In this document: positions 27,504 through 37,933 of the stretch, one piece after another
Layout of the letters: each line of letters starts with the position of its first letter
How positions within the stretch are numbered: the first letter of the stretch is position 1
Assembly: GCA_038249555.1 (NCBI GenBank)
Contig: JBBSDJ010000001.1
Coordinates: forward strand, 5,376 to 69,375
Direction: 5' to 3'
DNA length: 64,000 bases
Source: Caulobacterales bacterium
Lineage (GTDB): Bacteria > Pseudomonadota > Alphaproteobacteria > Caulobacterales > Hyphomonadaceae
Made by a program: the position numbers and the translations under genes
Notes under the pieces: generated by a model
What the model was told of the DNA's origin: nothing
Databases searched by the model: none
What the model saw: only the letters and a program-made list of their open reading frames with translations

Positions 27504-28589
27504 CTATTCGCCGGGTTGGGCGACATGGCCGAGGTTGTAAAGCGCCACGCCGCTCTCGGAGCGGGCAACGGCCAGTTCGCCCCGGTGTTTGAGGTAATTC
27601 AGGTGTGCGAGCGCCTCACCCGTGGCCATGCTAAGTTCGTCGCCCTCGATCGCCCGGCCGAATACCGAGACAAACGTGTCCAGCACGTTGGCAGGGCCCT
27701 TCTCGAGGCGCCGCCGCAGGCGCGTGAGTGCCGTTTCGTGGCCGTTGATCAGGTGCTGCAGACGCTTGTGGGCACCGGTGAAGGGCTCGTTGTGCGCCGG
27801 CAGGACGAGGCAATCTTCCGGAAGCGCGTCGAGGAGCTTGCGGCAACTGTCGAGCCATTCTGCCAGCGGATCTGCGTCGGGTTCTGTCGGGTGGACCGAC
27901 ACATTGGACGAAATACGCGGCAGGATCTGGTCGCCGGAGATCAGGATGTTGCGTTCCGGGCAGTACAGGCAGGCGTGCTCGGGCGAATGGCCAGCGCCCA
28001 TGATCACCTGCCAGGTCGCGCCAGCCATTTGGAACGCATCGCCATCCGACAGGCGGTGGTAGGCATCCGGCATCAGGCTGACGCCCCGGCCGAAGCCGCC
28101 GAAGCGCGACTTGTAGTTCTCAAGGGCCGCCTCGCCCCAGCCGGACTGGCGGTAGAACTCGATGGCCACCGGCGGCGCCTGGCGGCCGGTATCGGCGACC
28201 AGCATCCGGCAGGTGATGTATTCCAGACGGCTCATCCAGAGCTCGGCGCCGTACTTGTGGCAGAGCCAGCCGGCGCTGCCGACATGGTCCGGATGCATGT
28301 GGGTGATGATGACGCGTTTCAGCGGCTTCTGCGGCGTGACGCGGGCATCCAGAAGCTGGCGCCAGGCGGACTTGGTTTCCGGCAGCGGGAGGCCCGTGTC
28401 GACTATGGTCCAGCTGTCGCCGTCATCGATGAGCCAGAGATTGATGAACTTCAGCGAGAAGGGCAGCGGCATGCGCACCCATTCGATCCCCGGCGCAACG
28501 GCAATCGTCCCGGCGAGGCCCGGCGTGACGTCCCCGAAGGGATAATCCAGCCCGAAACGGCTGGTCGGTACGTATTCAAATCCATCCAT
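27504..28589 (-). CDS. MBL-fold metallo-hydrolase
   Basis: THMHPDHVG, GAGHSPEH, SGDQIL, PAHNEP; real start MDGFEY lies inside the long ORF-track frame. Confidence 0.88.
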   Translation of the reverse strand: MDGFEYVPTSRFGLDYPFGDVTPGLAGTIAVAPGIEWVRMPLPFSLKFINLWLIDDGDSWTIVDTGLPLPETKSAWRQLLDARVTPQKPLKRVIITHMHPDHVGSAGWLCHKYGAELWMSRLEYITCRMLVADTGRQAPPVAIEFYRQSGWGEAALENYKSRFGGFGRGVSLMPDAYHRLSDGDAFQMAGATWQVIMGAGHSPEHACLYCPERNILISGDQILPRISSNVSVHPTEPDADPLAEWLDSCRKLLDALPEDCLVLPAHNEPFTGAHKRLQHLINGHETALTRLRRRLEKGPANVLDTFVSVFGRAIEGDELSMATGEALAHLNYLKHRGELAVARSESGVALYNLGHVAQPGE

Positions 28590-28642
28590 CCCGGGACGAT
28601 ACCCCGGCAACGAGGCACGTCGAGCCGTCACGCAGGGGAATG

Positions 28643-29611
28643 CTATTTGATCGGGTTGCGGGGCCGCGGCGGCAGCTTGGTGCGCCGGAAGCCCTCCCCG
28701 GTCAGGCCGTAGTTGCGGGTGCGGTAGGGTACTTTCGGGGCGAGTTCCGAGGCCACTTCCTTGGATTTCCCGGAAGATGATTTGCGCGCCTTCGGCCCCG
28801 GCGCAGGTGCCTTCTTGGCTGACTTGGCCTCTGCCGCCTTGCCGACGCTGGCGGCGATCAGGGCCGCGCGTTCCTTGTGGCTGAGCGGTCGCCATTTGCC
28901 TTCCGGCAGGTTGCCGAGCTCGACCGGGCCGACGCGGATGCGCTGCAGGTCCGCCACGCGGAGATGGACGAGCGAACACATCCGCCGGATCTGACGGTTG
29001 CGGCCTTCGGACAGAATGAAGCGGAGCGTGTCCTTGCCTTCGGCGTTGACCTTCGCGGGGCGAAGCTTGCGGCCGTCGAGTTCGAGGCCATGCCGGAGCA
29101 GTGCCAGTTTGTCCGGCGTGATTTCGCCGAGCACCTTGACCACATATTCCTTGTCGACTTCGCTGAGCGGTCCGATGACGGCTTTGGCCAGCACGCCGTC
29201 TTCCGAGAGGATCAGGAGGCCGCGCGAGTCTTTGTCCAGCCGGCCGAGGGGCGCCATCTTGTTGTTGCGCCCCGGGATCGCGTGGGCTTCGCCCTTGAGC
29301 GTGGCCTTGGTGATCAGGCGGATGGCGGGCGTCTCGCCGGGCTCCGGCGTTCCGGAAACATAGCCGACCGGTTTGTTGAGGACGATCGAGAGCTGATTGT
29401 CGAGCTTCTGCGCAGCCTTGGAATTCAGCTTGATCGTCTGTCCCGGGACGATCCGTTCGCCGAGTTCCGTGACCGGCTTGCCGTCGATCTCGACGAGCCC
29501 CTGTTCGATGAGGGCATCCGCCTCGCGGCGAGAGCATACGCCTTCCAGCGCCAGCCACTTGTTGATGCGGACGGGCTCTGCGCCGTCATAGGTTTTGGTC
29601 CAGGCGGCCAT
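28643..29611 (-). CDS. rRNA pseudouridine synthase (RsuA/RluF family) with S4 domain
   Basis: RINKWLA..CSRREAD, LNKPVG, GRLDKDSRGLL, EGRNRQIRRM; basic C-terminal tail. Confidence 0.92.
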   Translation of the reverse strand: MAAWTKTYDGAEPVRINKWLALEGVCSRREADALIEQGLVEIDGKPVTELGERIVPGQTIKLNSKAAQKLDNQLSIVLNKPVGYVSGTPEPGETPAIRLITKATLKGEAHAIPGRNNKMAPLGRLDKDSRGLLILSEDGVLAKAVIGPLSEVDKEYVVKVLGEITPDKLALLRHGLELDGRKLRPAKVNAEGKDTLRFILSEGRNRQIRRMCSLVHLRVADLQRIRVGPVELGNLPEGKWRPLSHKERAALIAASVGKAAEAKSAKKAPAPGPKARKSSSGKSKEVASELAPKVPYRTRNYGLTGEGFRRTKLPPRPRNPIK

Positions 29612-29614
29612 GGT

Positions 29615-31387
29615 CTAATCGATTCCAAAAAGTGCGCGGCTATTGTCGAGGAAACGGTCGCCGCCTTCGGTTATGCCGGGTACGCGACCCGGCGCAGAGG
29701 CCAGCGACGTTTCGGCGAAAAAGCCCGCGAGCGCCATCTGCCGGGCCCGGAAGTCCGGATCCTTCTGCCGCGCCGCAAGTGCCGCACGCGCGAGGAAATG
29801 GCCGCCGATCACGTCGCCGGCGAGCGACAGATAGGCTGTCGCTCCGGCCAGCGCCTTGTCCTGCTCCTCGGCTTTCATGCGCGCGAGCATCCAGTCGGTC
29901 GTTTCCGCCAGCGCCTTGGAAGCGGCCCAGAGACGCTCCGCCAGCTGAACGAATTGCGGGTCGTTGGCGGAGCGCGCGAGCCGCACGGTTTCGTCGATCT
30001 CGGTCAGCATGGCGCGCATCGAGGCGCCGCCATTGGCGGCGATCTTCCGCCCGACGAGATCGATAGCCTGGATGCCGTTGGTGCCCTCGTAGATCGGCGC
30101 TATCCGGGCATCGCGGTAAAGCTGCGCGGCGAGCGTGTCGTTCATGAAGCCCATTCCGCCATGCACCTGCACGCCGAGACTGGCGACATCGACGCCCATG
30201 TCGGTGCTCCATGCCTTGGCGATAGGCGTCAGCAGGTCTTCCCGGGCCTTGGCGGCGGCGCGAACTGACGGGACGTCGGAGGCATGCGCGAGGTCTGCCG
30301 AGACCCCGCAGGCGTAACAGATGGCCCGCGCAGCCGCGACGCGGGCGCGCATGGTGATCAGTGTACGGCGTACATCCGCGTGATGCAGAATGGGCGCCGG
30401 GCCGGACACGCCCTCAGCGTTACCCTGCCTGCGGTCCTTCGCGTAGTTGAAGGCCGCCTGGTAGGCCGCCTCCCCGACGCCGACGCCTTCTAGCCCGACA
30501 TTCAAGCGCGCCGAATTCATCATCGTGAACATGCAGGCCAGGCCCTTGTTGGCTTCCCCGATCAGCCAACCGGTCGCGCCTGCATACTCCATGACGCAAG
30601 TCGGGCTCGCATGGATGCCGATCTTCTTCTCCAGCCCGATGCAGCGCACGGAATTTCGAGCGCCCAGGGATCCATCGGTGTGCACCAGAAACTTGGGAAC
30701 AAGGAACAGAGAGATTCCCTTCGATCCTTTCGGCGCGCCTGGCAGGCGCGCGAGGACCATGTGAATGATGTTCTCGGCGAGGTCGTGATCGCCCCAGGTG
30801 ATGTAGATTTTCTGCCCGGTGATGGCGTAGCTGCCATCCGCTTTCGGGGCCGCCTTGGTCGTGAGCGCACCGACATCACTGCCGGCCTGAGGCTCGGTCA
30901 GGTTCATTGTCCCGGTCCAATCACCCGCGACGAGTTTCGGCAAGTAGGTCTTCTTCTGCACGTCCGTTCCATGGGCGAGCAAGGCTTCAACGGCGCCGTA
31001 GCTCAGCATCGGGCAAAGGCCGAACGCCATGTTCGCCGAGTGGAACATCTCCATCACCCCGAGGGCGAGCGAGCGCGGCAGGCCCTGTCCGCCCCACTCT
31101 TCCGGCGCTGCAAGGCCCATCCAGCCGCCTTTGCGAAAGGCGTCGTAGGCGGCCTTGAAGCCGTCTGGTGCGATCACCCCTTCATCGCCCAACCGTGCTC
31201 CTTGCGAATCACCTATAGGATTCAGCGGCGCCAACACTTCGCTGGCAAGTTTGGCGGCCTCCTCAAGGATCGGGCGGACGATACCAGCGTCGTACGCCTC
31301 AAGACCTGGCAGTCCCGCCAGTTGACCGATTCCGGCTAACTCCTTGAGAAAGAACTCTATTTCATTAATGGGGGCGTCGTAGGCCAT
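29615..31387 (-). CDS. Acyl-CoA dehydrogenase (long, AidB/DmdC-like size class)
   Basis: GTMNLTEPQAGSD, ITGQKIYIT, KIGIHASPT, GVQVHGGMG, IYEGTNGIQA. Confidence 0.93.
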   Translation of the reverse strand: MAYDAPINEIEFFLKELAGIGQLAGLPGLEAYDAGIVRPILEEAAKLASEVLAPLNPIGDSQGARLGDEGVIAPDGFKAAYDAFRKGGWMGLAAPEEWGGQGLPRSLALGVMEMFHSANMAFGLCPMLSYGAVEALLAHGTDVQKKTYLPKLVAGDWTGTMNLTEPQAGSDVGALTTKAAPKADGSYAITGQKIYITWGDHDLAENIIHMVLARLPGAPKGSKGISLFLVPKFLVHTDGSLGARNSVRCIGLEKKIGIHASPTCVMEYAGATGWLIGEANKGLACMFTMMNSARLNVGLEGVGVGEAAYQAAFNYAKDRRQGNAEGVSGPAPILHHADVRRTLITMRARVAAARAICYACGVSADLAHASDVPSVRAAAKAREDLLTPIAKAWSTDMGVDVASLGVQVHGGMGFMNDTLAAQLYRDARIAPIYEGTNGIQAIDLVGRKIAANGGASMRAMLTEIDETVRLARSANDPQFVQLAERLWAASKALAETTDWMLARMKAEEQDKALAGATAYLSLAGDVIGGHFLARAALAARQKDPDFRARQMALAGFFAETSLASAPGRVPGITEGGDRFLDNSRALFGID

Positions 31388-31506
31388 CGGAATTTCGTGT
31401 CTCGGATAGGAGTTATGCTGTGCAGGTGATAGCTTAGTGGATGCAGGAGCGAAAAGTCTGCGCTACTTGATTGGGCGACCCGTTGGGCATTTTGGAGACG
31501 AAGACA

Positions 31507-32220
31507 ATGAGACTTTTCCTGATTTCCGCGAGCGTGCTCGTGCTCGCCGCCTGCACCCCGGCTGCCGAGACGGCCGCACCCGCCGAAACGGCCGTGCCGG
31601 CTGTTGACGCCGCCGCAACAGTAGCCGCTCCTGCCGCTGATGTGGCCTACGGCAAGGCTGCCACCTACAAGATCGATCCCACGCATGCCTCGATCACCTG
31701 GCGCGTGAACCATTTCGGACTGTCGAAGTACACCGCGCGCTTCACGTCGTTCGACGCAACCCTCAACTTCAATCCGGCCGACATTGCAGCAAACTCCGTC
31801 GAAGTATCGATCAATCCGGTCTCGGTCGAAACGGATTATCCGGGTGACTACAAGGCCGGCCATGCCGACAGCCCGTTCGCGAGCTGGAACGAGGACCTTG
31901 CGAAGAACGCCCAATGGTTCAACGCCGGCGCTCATCCGCAGATCAGCTTCAAGTCCACGAGCGCGACCCAGGCCAGCCCGACGACCGGCACCGTGACCGG
32001 CGACCTGACCTTTCTGGGCGTCACCAAACCCGTGACGCTGGACGTGACCTATAACGGCGTCGCCCAAATGCCCTGGGCGCCGGATCAGGACAAGATTGGC
32101 TTCTCCGCCAAGACAACGCTCAAGCGGTCAGACTTTGGCATGGGCGCCTACATTCCCAACATCGGAGATGAAGTCGAAGTGATCATTGAAGCCGAGTTTG
32201 ATGAAGTGGTTGCCCCGTAG
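31507..32220 (+). CDS. YceI family lipoprotein
   Basis: Lipobox LAAC; YKIDPTHASI, TGDLTFLGVTKPV, LKRSDFG. Confidence 0.9.
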   Translation: MRLFLISASVLVLAACTPAAETAAPAETAVPAVDAAATVAAPAADVAYGKAATYKIDPTHASITWRVNHFGLSKYTARFTSFDATLNFNPADIAANSVEVSINPVSVETDYPGDYKAGHADSPFASWNEDLAKNAQWFNAGAHPQISFKSTSATQASPTTGTVTGDLTFLGVTKPVTLDVTYNGVAQMPWAPDQDKIGFSAKTTLKRSDFGMGAYIPNIGDEVEVIIEAEFDEVVAP

Positions 32221-32223
32221 CCA

Positions 32224-33420
32224 ATGAATACTGAAACGCCCTCACGATATACTGGCGTCGCCATTGCCCTTCATTGGGCAATGGCGGCGCTGCTGTTGTT
32301 CATGATCTGGCTGGGCTGGAACATGGAAGACAATGAGGCGCGCTTCCAACTTCACAAGTCGATCGGCATCACGATCCTGTTCCTGGCGCTCGCCCGGCTC
32401 GCCTGGCGATTTGCCAACCCGCCACCGCTCTTGCCTGAGGGCATGCCCAAGATTGAAAAGACGGCCTCGCATGCCGTCCACATTGCCTTTTATGTCTTGA
32501 TGATCGCCATCCCGCTCGGCGGCTGGCTCATGGTGTCTGTGTCGCCCTTCCAGGTCGCGACGGTGCTTTATGGCGTGGTCAGCTGGCCCCACCTGCCCTT
32601 CACCGAAGGGCTGATCAGCAAGGACCTCTACGAATTCGTCGAGTTCTTTCACAGCAAGGGCGCCTGGGTGATCATCGCGCTTCTGGCGCTGCATGTCGCC
32701 GGCGCGGTGAAGCACGAGATCGGTGCCGAAGATGGGGTGCTCAAGAAAATGATCCCCGGCCTGTTTGGCAAGTCGAACCCGCCGGCCCTGCCGCCCAAAG
32801 GCTTCCTGTTCGCCTTCGGTGGCAGCGCGGCGCTGTTTGCGGCCATAGCGGCTTTCGCATTGCTTGGCTCTGGACCTGCAAACCCCAGTCCTCCGCCTTC
32901 GGGCTCGTCAGGGACCGGCGTCCAGGCGAACTGGATTGTCGACTACGAAAAGTCAGAGATCGCTTTCTCGGGCCTGCACGAGGGCAAGGAATTCGAAGGC
33001 GTGTTCGAGGCCTGGACCGCAGATGTGGCGTTCTATCCCGAAGCGCTTGAAACCTCGCAGGTGCAGGTTTCCGTCGATACCCGCACGGCCAAGACGGGCA
33101 AGAAGCTTTACGATGACAGCCTGAAGGCCCGCGAATGGTTCAACGCATCCCAGTTTCCGCAGGCGACCGTTGAGCTTGATGACTTCAAGCAAGCTCCCGG
33201 TGGCTATCAAGCCACCGCGACCCTGACCTTGAAAGGCAAGCCCGTGAGCGTGCCACTGACCTTCTTCCTCGATATCGATGGGGACGAAGCCCGCCTTGAA
33301 GGCTCCGCGACCTTCTCCCGCGAAGCGCTGGATATGGGCCAGGCATCGGATGCTGGCGCCCAGTATGTGGCGGATGAGGTGACCGTATCGATCTCGGGCC
33401 GCGCAACACGAACACCGTAA
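32224..33420 (+). CDS. Cytochrome b561 (YceJ-like) fused to a YceI domain
   Basis: LHW, LHKSIG, VH, FH..LHVAGAVKH heme ligands; C-terminal WIVDYEKSEIAF..LTLKG..FSREALDMG. Confidence 0.88.
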   Translation: MNTETPSRYTGVAIALHWAMAALLLFMIWLGWNMEDNEARFQLHKSIGITILFLALARLAWRFANPPPLLPEGMPKIEKTASHAVHIAFYVLMIAIPLGGWLMVSVSPFQVATVLYGVVSWPHLPFTEGLISKDLYEFVEFFHSKGAWVIIALLALHVAGAVKHEIGAEDGVLKKMIPGLFGKSNPPALPPKGFLFAFGGSAALFAAIAAFALLGSGPANPSPPPSGSSGTGVQANWIVDYEKSEIAFSGLHEGKEFEGVFEAWTADVAFYPEALETSQVQVSVDTRTAKTGKKLYDDSLKAREWFNASQFPQATVELDDFKQAPGGYQATATLTLKGKPVSVPLTFFLDIDGDEARLEGSATFSREALDMGQASDAGAQYVADEVTVSISGRATRTP

Positions 33421-33463
33421 AGGCAACGTTTGTGTCGCCGCTCAGGGGTGGTATGGCCGCGCC

Positions 33464-34411
33464 ATGACCGCGCCGATTGTCCCGATCCTGCCCGAAACGA
33501 TTGCCCTCGCCGCCGAGATCCTCAGCGAAGGCGGCCTCGTGGCGATTCCGACGGAAACAGTCTACGGCCTCGCCGCAGATGCCGCCAACCCTGAGGCGGT
33601 CGCCCGACTTTACGAGGCCAAGGGGCGGCCCCGGTTCAACCCGCTGATCGCGCATGTCTCGTCCTGGGTAATGGCGGAACGCGAAGCCGAGTTCTCGCCG
33701 CTGGCACGCACCTGCGCCGAAGCATTCTGGCCGGGCCCGCTGACCCTCGTCCTTCCCGCCAAGGCCGAAGGCCGCGTCTCCGAACTTGCCCGCGCCGGTC
33801 TGGAAACCCTAGCTGTGCGCTGGCCCAAACACCGCGCGGCGGCGGCCCTGATCGAAGTGTTCGGGCGCCCGCTTGTGGCGCCTTCAGCCAACCGTTCCGG
33901 CCATGTCAGCCCCACTCGCGCCGAGCATGTCGCAGAAGATCTGGGCGAGCGCATCAGCCTGATCCTTGACGGCGGCCCCTGCGATGTCGGGATGGAATCC
34001 ACGATCCTCGGCTTTCAGAACGGCGAACCGGTCCTGCTCCGGCCGGGCGGTGTTGCGACGGAAACGATCTCGTTAAGACTTGGCCGCAGTGTGCCGCCCT
34101 ATCGCAGCGAGGCGGGCATCAATGCGCCCGGCCAGATGAAATCCCACTACGCCCCCAGAGCGCGTCTCCGCTTGAATGCGATGGCGCGTGAAGACGGCGA
34201 AGGCTTCCTCGCCTTCGGACCTTTCGTGCCCGGAGACCTCAGCCTGTCGACCTCCGGCGACCTCGTCGAAGCCGCTGCCAACCTGTTCGAGATGCTGCGC
34301 AGCCTCGACACGCAGTTCGAACGGATTGCGGTTTCGCCGGTCCCTGCAACGGGGCTCGGCGAAGCCATCAATGACCGATTGGAGCGCGCGGCGTACCGCG
34401 AGGCAAGCTGA
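33464..34411 (+). CDS. sua5: L-threonylcarbamoyladenylate synthase (Sua5)
   Basis: PTETVYGL, KGRPRFNPLI, APSANRSG, APGQMKSHYAP. Confidence 0.93.
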   Translation: MTAPIVPILPETIALAAEILSEGGLVAIPTETVYGLAADAANPEAVARLYEAKGRPRFNPLIAHVSSWVMAEREAEFSPLARTCAEAFWPGPLTLVLPAKAEGRVSELARAGLETLAVRWPKHRAAAALIEVFGRPLVAPSANRSGHVSPTRAEHVAEDLGERISLILDGGPCDVGMESTILGFQNGEPVLLRPGGVATETISLRLGRSVPPYRSEAGINAPGQMKSHYAPRARLRLNAMAREDGEGFLAFGPFVPGDLSLSTSGDLVEAAANLFEMLRSLDTQFERIAVSPVPATGLGEAINDRLERAAYREAS

Positions 34412-34415
34412 TGGC

Positions 34416-34631
34416 TCAGCCGCCCATGATGTCTTCCTTGAGGACCGTCATCATGAACTGGTACGAGGTCTCGCCCTCTTCCTCGTCTTTGTAGACGACG
34501 GCCAGGAACTCGGCGCCGAGGTAGACTTCGAGGGAATCGTTCAGCTTGTCGCGCGAAAGAAGGCGCAGGCCGGGATTCAGCTTCTCCTTGAGATAAGCCT
34601 CAAGGCGCAGGGTTTCTTCTTTGTTTATCAT
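34416..34631 (-). CDS. DUF3126 family protein
   Basis: EVYLGAEFLAVVYKDEEEGETSYQFMM; downstream of cysE as in other Alphaproteobacteria. Confidence 0.8.
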   Translation of the reverse strand: MINKEETLRLEAYLKEKLNPGLRLLSRDKLNDSLEVYLGAEFLAVVYKDEEEGETSYQFMMTVLKEDIMGG

Positions 34632-34715
34632 GGGATTTCCTGAACCAAATCAATACGCGCCGAGATTAGACGCTTTGCGCGCCTGAGCAAAGTGCTGCGC
34701 TGCAAGGTAGCCGTC

Positions 34716-35528
34716 CTAAGTTTCAGCGGTGTCCGGAAGGCCCTGGTCCATGGTCTGCGCCGGCTGGCAGCACGTCGGGCCCGCAACGACCTTCGCGGGC
34801 ACCCCGGCGACCGTGCAATAACCCGGCACGTCCTTGAGAACCACACTGCCGGCCGCCACCTTGGCTTCGTCGCCGACGGTGATGTTGCCAAGGATCTTGG
34901 CGCCCACGGACAGCAGCACGCCGCGGCCGATCTTCGGGTGCCGGTCGCCGACTTCCTTGCCGGTCCCGCCGAGCGTTACGCCGTGAAGCAGCGAACAGCC
35001 ATCCCCGACGACTGCCGTCTCGCCGATGGTTATCCCGGAGGCATGGTCGAGCATAACGCCGCGCCCAATGCGAGCCGCGGGGTGAATATCTACGTCAAAC
35101 AGTTCCGACGCGCGGCTCTGGAAATGGAAGGCGAGCGTCTCGCGGCCGAGGCGCCACAGCTGGTGTGCGATGCGGTGGGTCTGGAGCGCGAGGTAACCCT
35201 TGAAGAACAGGAAAGGCTGCAACATGCCCCGTGCGGCGGGATCGCGCTCCAGCACGGCCTGCATGTCGGTTTCGGCCAATCCAACCAGTTCCGGCGCGCC
35301 TTCGTAGATGCCCGAAATGACGTGGCGAACCTGCTGCGTCGCCATCGCCGGGCTCGCGAGTTTTTCGGCGAGATGATACGACAGGGCATGGCCGAGGGTC
35401 GCGTGGTTGAGGATCGCGGCGTTGAGATAGCTCGACAGCGAAGGCTCTTCCGCAGCGGCGGCGGTCGCTTCAAAGCGGAGCCGTTTCCATGCGGGAGCCG
35501 GGGCGCCGATGTCTGGATTGTCGATCAT
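34716..35528 (-). CDS. cysE: Serine O-acetyltransferase
   Basis: FFKGY.ALQTHR, DIHPAARIG, LDHASG, TLGGTGKE..DRHPKIG; RBS CAGGAG. Confidence 0.95.
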   Translation of the reverse strand: MIDNPDIGAPAPAWKRLRFEATAAAAEEPSLSSYLNAAILNHATLGHALSYHLAEKLASPAMATQQVRHVISGIYEGAPELVGLAETDMQAVLERDPAARGMLQPFLFFKGYLALQTHRIAHQLWRLGRETLAFHFQSRASELFDVDIHPAARIGRGVMLDHASGITIGETAVVGDGCSLLHGVTLGGTGKEVGDRHPKIGRGVLLSVGAKILGNITVGDEAKVAAGSVVLKDVPGYCTVAGVPAKVVAGPTCCQPAQTMDQGLPDTAET

Positions 35529-35654
35529 GGCGGGCTCCTGAAGGGCATCTGGCGCGTAAATGGCGTCAATTGGCGCGGAATTCAATTGGTCTGGCCCGGA
35601 CGCGCCATTTTGGACGCTTCTCCTCCGGCCCTGCCCGCATTAAGCCAGACAGCC

Positions 35655-36281
35655 ATGACCAAACGCTTTCCGCCGCCACCCCTCCGTGACGCGCCCCTCG
35701 CCGGCGCACGCCCCAGCGCAGACGCCCGCGCGCTGCTCGCGCTGCGCAAATCCGCCAACAAGCTGGTCCTAGGGGCGCCTGGGCCCGATCCGGCCGAACT
35801 CGATGAGCTGCTGCTCGTTGCTGCAAGGGTCCCGGATCACCGCAAGCTCGGGCCTTGGCGGTTCGTGGTGCTGGAAGGTGATGCCCGCAGCAAGTTCGGA
35901 GGTGCGCTCGCAGCGATTCTGAAGAGCCGGGCGGCGCCTGAGGCGCAGATCGAGGACGCTGAAAAGTCGATGCTGCGGGCGCCCGTGGTTGTTGCCGTTA
36001 TCTCAAGCCCGGTTGAAGATGGCCGCACTCCGGTCTGGGAACAGGAGCTTTCAGCGGGAGCACTCTGCTACAATCTGCTGGTGGCCGCCAATGCCAGCGG
36101 TTGGGCAGGTGTGTGGCTGACGGAGTGGGCCGCTTACGACGCCGAGGCCGGCGCTCTGCTCGGAATTGAAGCGCGCGAGCGAATTGCGGGTTTCGTCCAC
36201 CTTGGAACGGCCAAGGCAGCGACGCCAGAGCGCGTGCGCGCCGAAATCGGCCCACGCGTCCGGCGCTGGACCGGCGCCTGA
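35655..36281 (+). CDS. Nitroreductase family protein (YdjA-like)
   Basis: RKS..LGAPGP, RVPDHRKLGPWRF, GWAGVWLT. Confidence 0.88.
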   Translation: MTKRFPPPPLRDAPLAGARPSADARALLALRKSANKLVLGAPGPDPAELDELLLVAARVPDHRKLGPWRFVVLEGDARSKFGGALAAILKSRAAPEAQIEDAEKSMLRAPVVVAVISSPVEDGRTPVWEQELSAGALCYNLLVAANASGWAGVWLTEWAAYDAEAGALLGIEARERIAGFVHLGTAKAATPERVRAEIGPRVRRWTGA

Positions 36282-36749
36282 TCAGCCCCGCCCGCGATAC
36301 GGCGCGACGCCGGTGTCGGGAACATACAGGCCGTCTGGAACGGCGCCGGACTGCCAGAAGACGTCGATCGGTATGCCGCCGCGCGGATACCAGTAGCCGG
36401 AGATGCGCAGCCAGCGCGCCTGGGTGAAGGCAAAGATCCGTTTGCCGATCGATACCGTGCAGTCCTCGTGGAAGGCGCCGTGGTTGCGGAAACTCGTCAG
36501 GTAGAGCTTCAGGCTTTTCGACTCCACAAGCCAGTGACCCGGCGCATAGTCGATTACAAGATGCGCGAAATCCGGCTGGCCGGTCACCGGGCAAAGCGAG
36601 GTAAACTCCGGCGCCACAAAGCGCGTGAGGTACAGCGTGTCCTCGTGCGGGTTCACGACACGCTCCAGCACCGCGGCTTCGGGGCTGGCCGGGATGGCGC
36701 TTTCCCGGCCGAGTTGGCCGAGGCCCTGGTAGATCGTTTCGTCAGACAT
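36282..36749 (-). CDS. queF: preQ0 reductase (short unimodular QueF)
   Basis: [40 protein letters not shown]. Confidence 0.96.
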   Translation of the reverse strand: MSDETIYQGLGQLGRESAIPASPEAAVLERVVNPHEDTLYLTRFVAPEFTSLCPVTGQPDFAHLVIDYAPGHWLVESKSLKLYLTSFRNHGAFHEDCTVSIGKRIFAFTQARWLRISGYWYPRGGIPIDVFWQSGAVPDGLYVPDTGVAPYRGRG

Positions 36750-37761
36750 TGGGGATCAGGTTCACTGTTGGAATGAGGTCAAAAGTCAGGCCCATGTAGA
36801 GGATGTAGCCGAGGAGGAGAACCGCGCCTTCCCAGCGCGCAATCTTGCGGCCGGTCATTGCGAACAGCATCAGCAGGCCCGCCGAAAGTACCAGCGCGCC
36901 GACGTCCACGGACGAAATGATGCTGACCGGCTCGGCGCCTGCCAGGGCATCGGCCGTGATATCACCCCGGATCGTGAACGGGCTGACCAGCGAGGTGATG
37001 CCGAGAATGCCGAGAATGTTGAAAATGTTCGAGCCGATGATGTTGCCCAGTGCCACGTCTCCGCGCTTGCGGTAGGCCGCCACGATCGAGGTTGCGAGTT
37101 CGGGCAGGCTTGTGCCGACCGCGACGATCGTCAGGCCAATGACGGTTTCACTGATGCCGATGGACCGGGCCAGCGAGGTGGCGCCGGTGACGAGCAGGTT
37201 GGCTCCGATTACGACGCCGGCCAATCCCGCGACCGCGATCGCGAGGCCGACGCCCAAACCATAGTGCGCCTCGACGGACTCGCCTTCGGCCTTATGCAAT
37301 TCAGCGGCCGCGCTTTGGCGCCGCTGGTCGGCAATCAGCGAATAGGCGAGGTAAGCGATCAGCAGCGCGAGTAGCAGGATCCCGGAAAGGCGGTTGAACT
37401 GGTCAAACCAGAGCAAGGCGCAAAGCACGCCGGTGACGGCGATCATGAAAGTTCCGTCACGCGCGAGCGCCTTCGGATGCACCAGGACCGGCGAGATGAT
37501 CGCGGCAAGCCCCAGCACGAGGAAGATGTTGGCAATGTTCGAGCCGACGACGTTGCCGATGGCGATCCCGACGGCGCCCTTGTCGACCGCCTGAAGGCTG
37601 GTGACGAGTTCCGGGACGGATGTGCCGAAACCGACCAGCGTCAGGCCGATTACCAATTCGGAAATGTTGAGTTTCCGGGCCACGCTCACCGACCCGCGGA
37701 CCAGCGCTTCACCGCCGATCAGCAGCAGAACAAGACCTCCCAGGACCAATAGGTACATCAT
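36742..37761 (-). CDS. Calcium/sodium antiporter (CaCA, YrbG-like)
   Basis: Two repeats GTSVPE / GTSLPELA with GNVVGSNI / GNIIGSNI; start may be 37791. Confidence 0.92.
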   Translation of the reverse strand: MMYLLVLGGLVLLLIGGEALVRGSVSVARKLNISELVIGLTLVGFGTSVPELVTSLQAVDKGAVGIAIGNVVGSNIANIFLVLGLAAIISPVLVHPKALARDGTFMIAVTGVLCALLWFDQFNRLSGILLLALLIAYLAYSLIADQRRQSAAAELHKAEGESVEAHYGLGVGLAIAVAGLAGVVIGANLLVTGATSLARSIGISETVIGLTIVAVGTSLPELATSIVAAYRKRGDVALGNIIGSNIFNILGILGITSLVSPFTIRGDITADALAGAEPVSIISSVDVGALVLSAGLLMLFAMTGRKIARWEGAVLLLGYILYMGLTFDLIPTVNLIPNV

Positions 37762-37933
37762 CTCGCCGAATCCCGCCGTGTTTCCGGCCATATAGGGTCA
37801 CGAAACCGTGAGAGGCAAATAGGCCCGAGAAGGCCAATATTTAGCTTTCACCTATCAAGTGAACGTTATGGTTTCACCAATATGAATGGGCCAATACTTG
37901 CAATACTGCCCCGGCAGAAAGCTGAGACAAACG

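Noticed and set aside
28590-29558. N-terminal extension making the MBL hydrolase 684 aa
   Set aside because: The extension overlaps the pseudouridine synthase in another frame and is Arg/Pro/Gly-rich junk; the real protein starts at MDGFEY (28589).
34692-35654. 529-aa ORF apparently fusing an unknown domain to the nitroreductase
   Set aside because: The upstream part is antisense to cysE; nitroreductase homology begins at MTKRF (35655).
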